64,000 bases of DNA from Lama glama (lineage: Eukaryota). The translations under genes and the position numbers were made by a program. The notes beneath the pieces are model-generated. The model made no database searches. It was not told where the DNA came from and saw nothing but the letters and a program-made list of their open reading frames with translations. The stretch spans positions 79,920,001-79,984,000 of the forward strand of contig CM052816.1 of assembly GCA_028534125.1 (NCBI GenBank). Direction: 5' to 3'. This document shows positions 63,884 to 64,000 of this stretch, in pieces. The stretch's first letter is position 1, and each line of letters opens with the position of its first letter.

Positions 63884-64000
63884 TGCAATCTTGGGCAAGA
63901 GCTCTCTGCACCTCAGTTTCCACATCTGTAAAATGGGCTGTGAGGGATAAATGAGCTATGTGTAAAAGCACTTAGCAACATGTGAAGCATGTAGTAAATA

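Larger units (their letters stand above)
22185..64000 (-). other. RAI14: RAI14 (ankycorbin) gene body, 5'-incomplete; exons 4-18 in window
   Basis: 15 GT-AG exons splice in frame into ankyrin repeats, PKKRKAP NLS and a long coiled coil ending QILTMCKNQSQKK*, matching recalled RAI14. Confidence 0.97.

Overview
Mammalian genomic DNA, probably camelid, inferred from four tRNA-Ala(AGC)-derived vic-1-type SINEs and no recognisable Alu, Bov-tA or PRE1. The window holds two tandem minus-strand genes. (1) RAI14 (ankycorbin; ankyrin repeats plus long coiled coil): 15 coding exons, equivalent to human exons 4-18, run from 54076 to the stop at 24012. All are GT-AG bounded and phase-compatible, followed by a ~1.8 kb 3'UTR with AATAAA at 22207-22212. 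The 5' exons lie beyond the window. (2) TTC23L: a CpG-island promoter at ~14.6-15.4 kb with two RFX X-boxes, and three coding exons (13650-13717, 9935-10118, 6398-6521); the gene continues past position 1. The remainder is intron or intergenic DNA rich in L1, L2, MIR, MaLR/ERVL LTRs and DNA-transposon fossils. I found no convincing new biological system. The best leads are a QKI/SF1-type tandem ACUAAC branch-point cassette on the NLS-coding exon, a 12-nt in-frame deletion in the large coiled-coil exon, an internally deleted L1 (5'UTR fused to late ORF2), a near-perfect 3x67-bp intronic tandem repeat carrying poly(A) and donor motifs, the dual X-box promoter and a mariner transposase fossil. 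Gene and repeat-family names come from recalled sequences, not database searches. Exon numbers follow recalled human numbering, and repeat boundaries are approximate unless a target-site duplication (TSD) is given.
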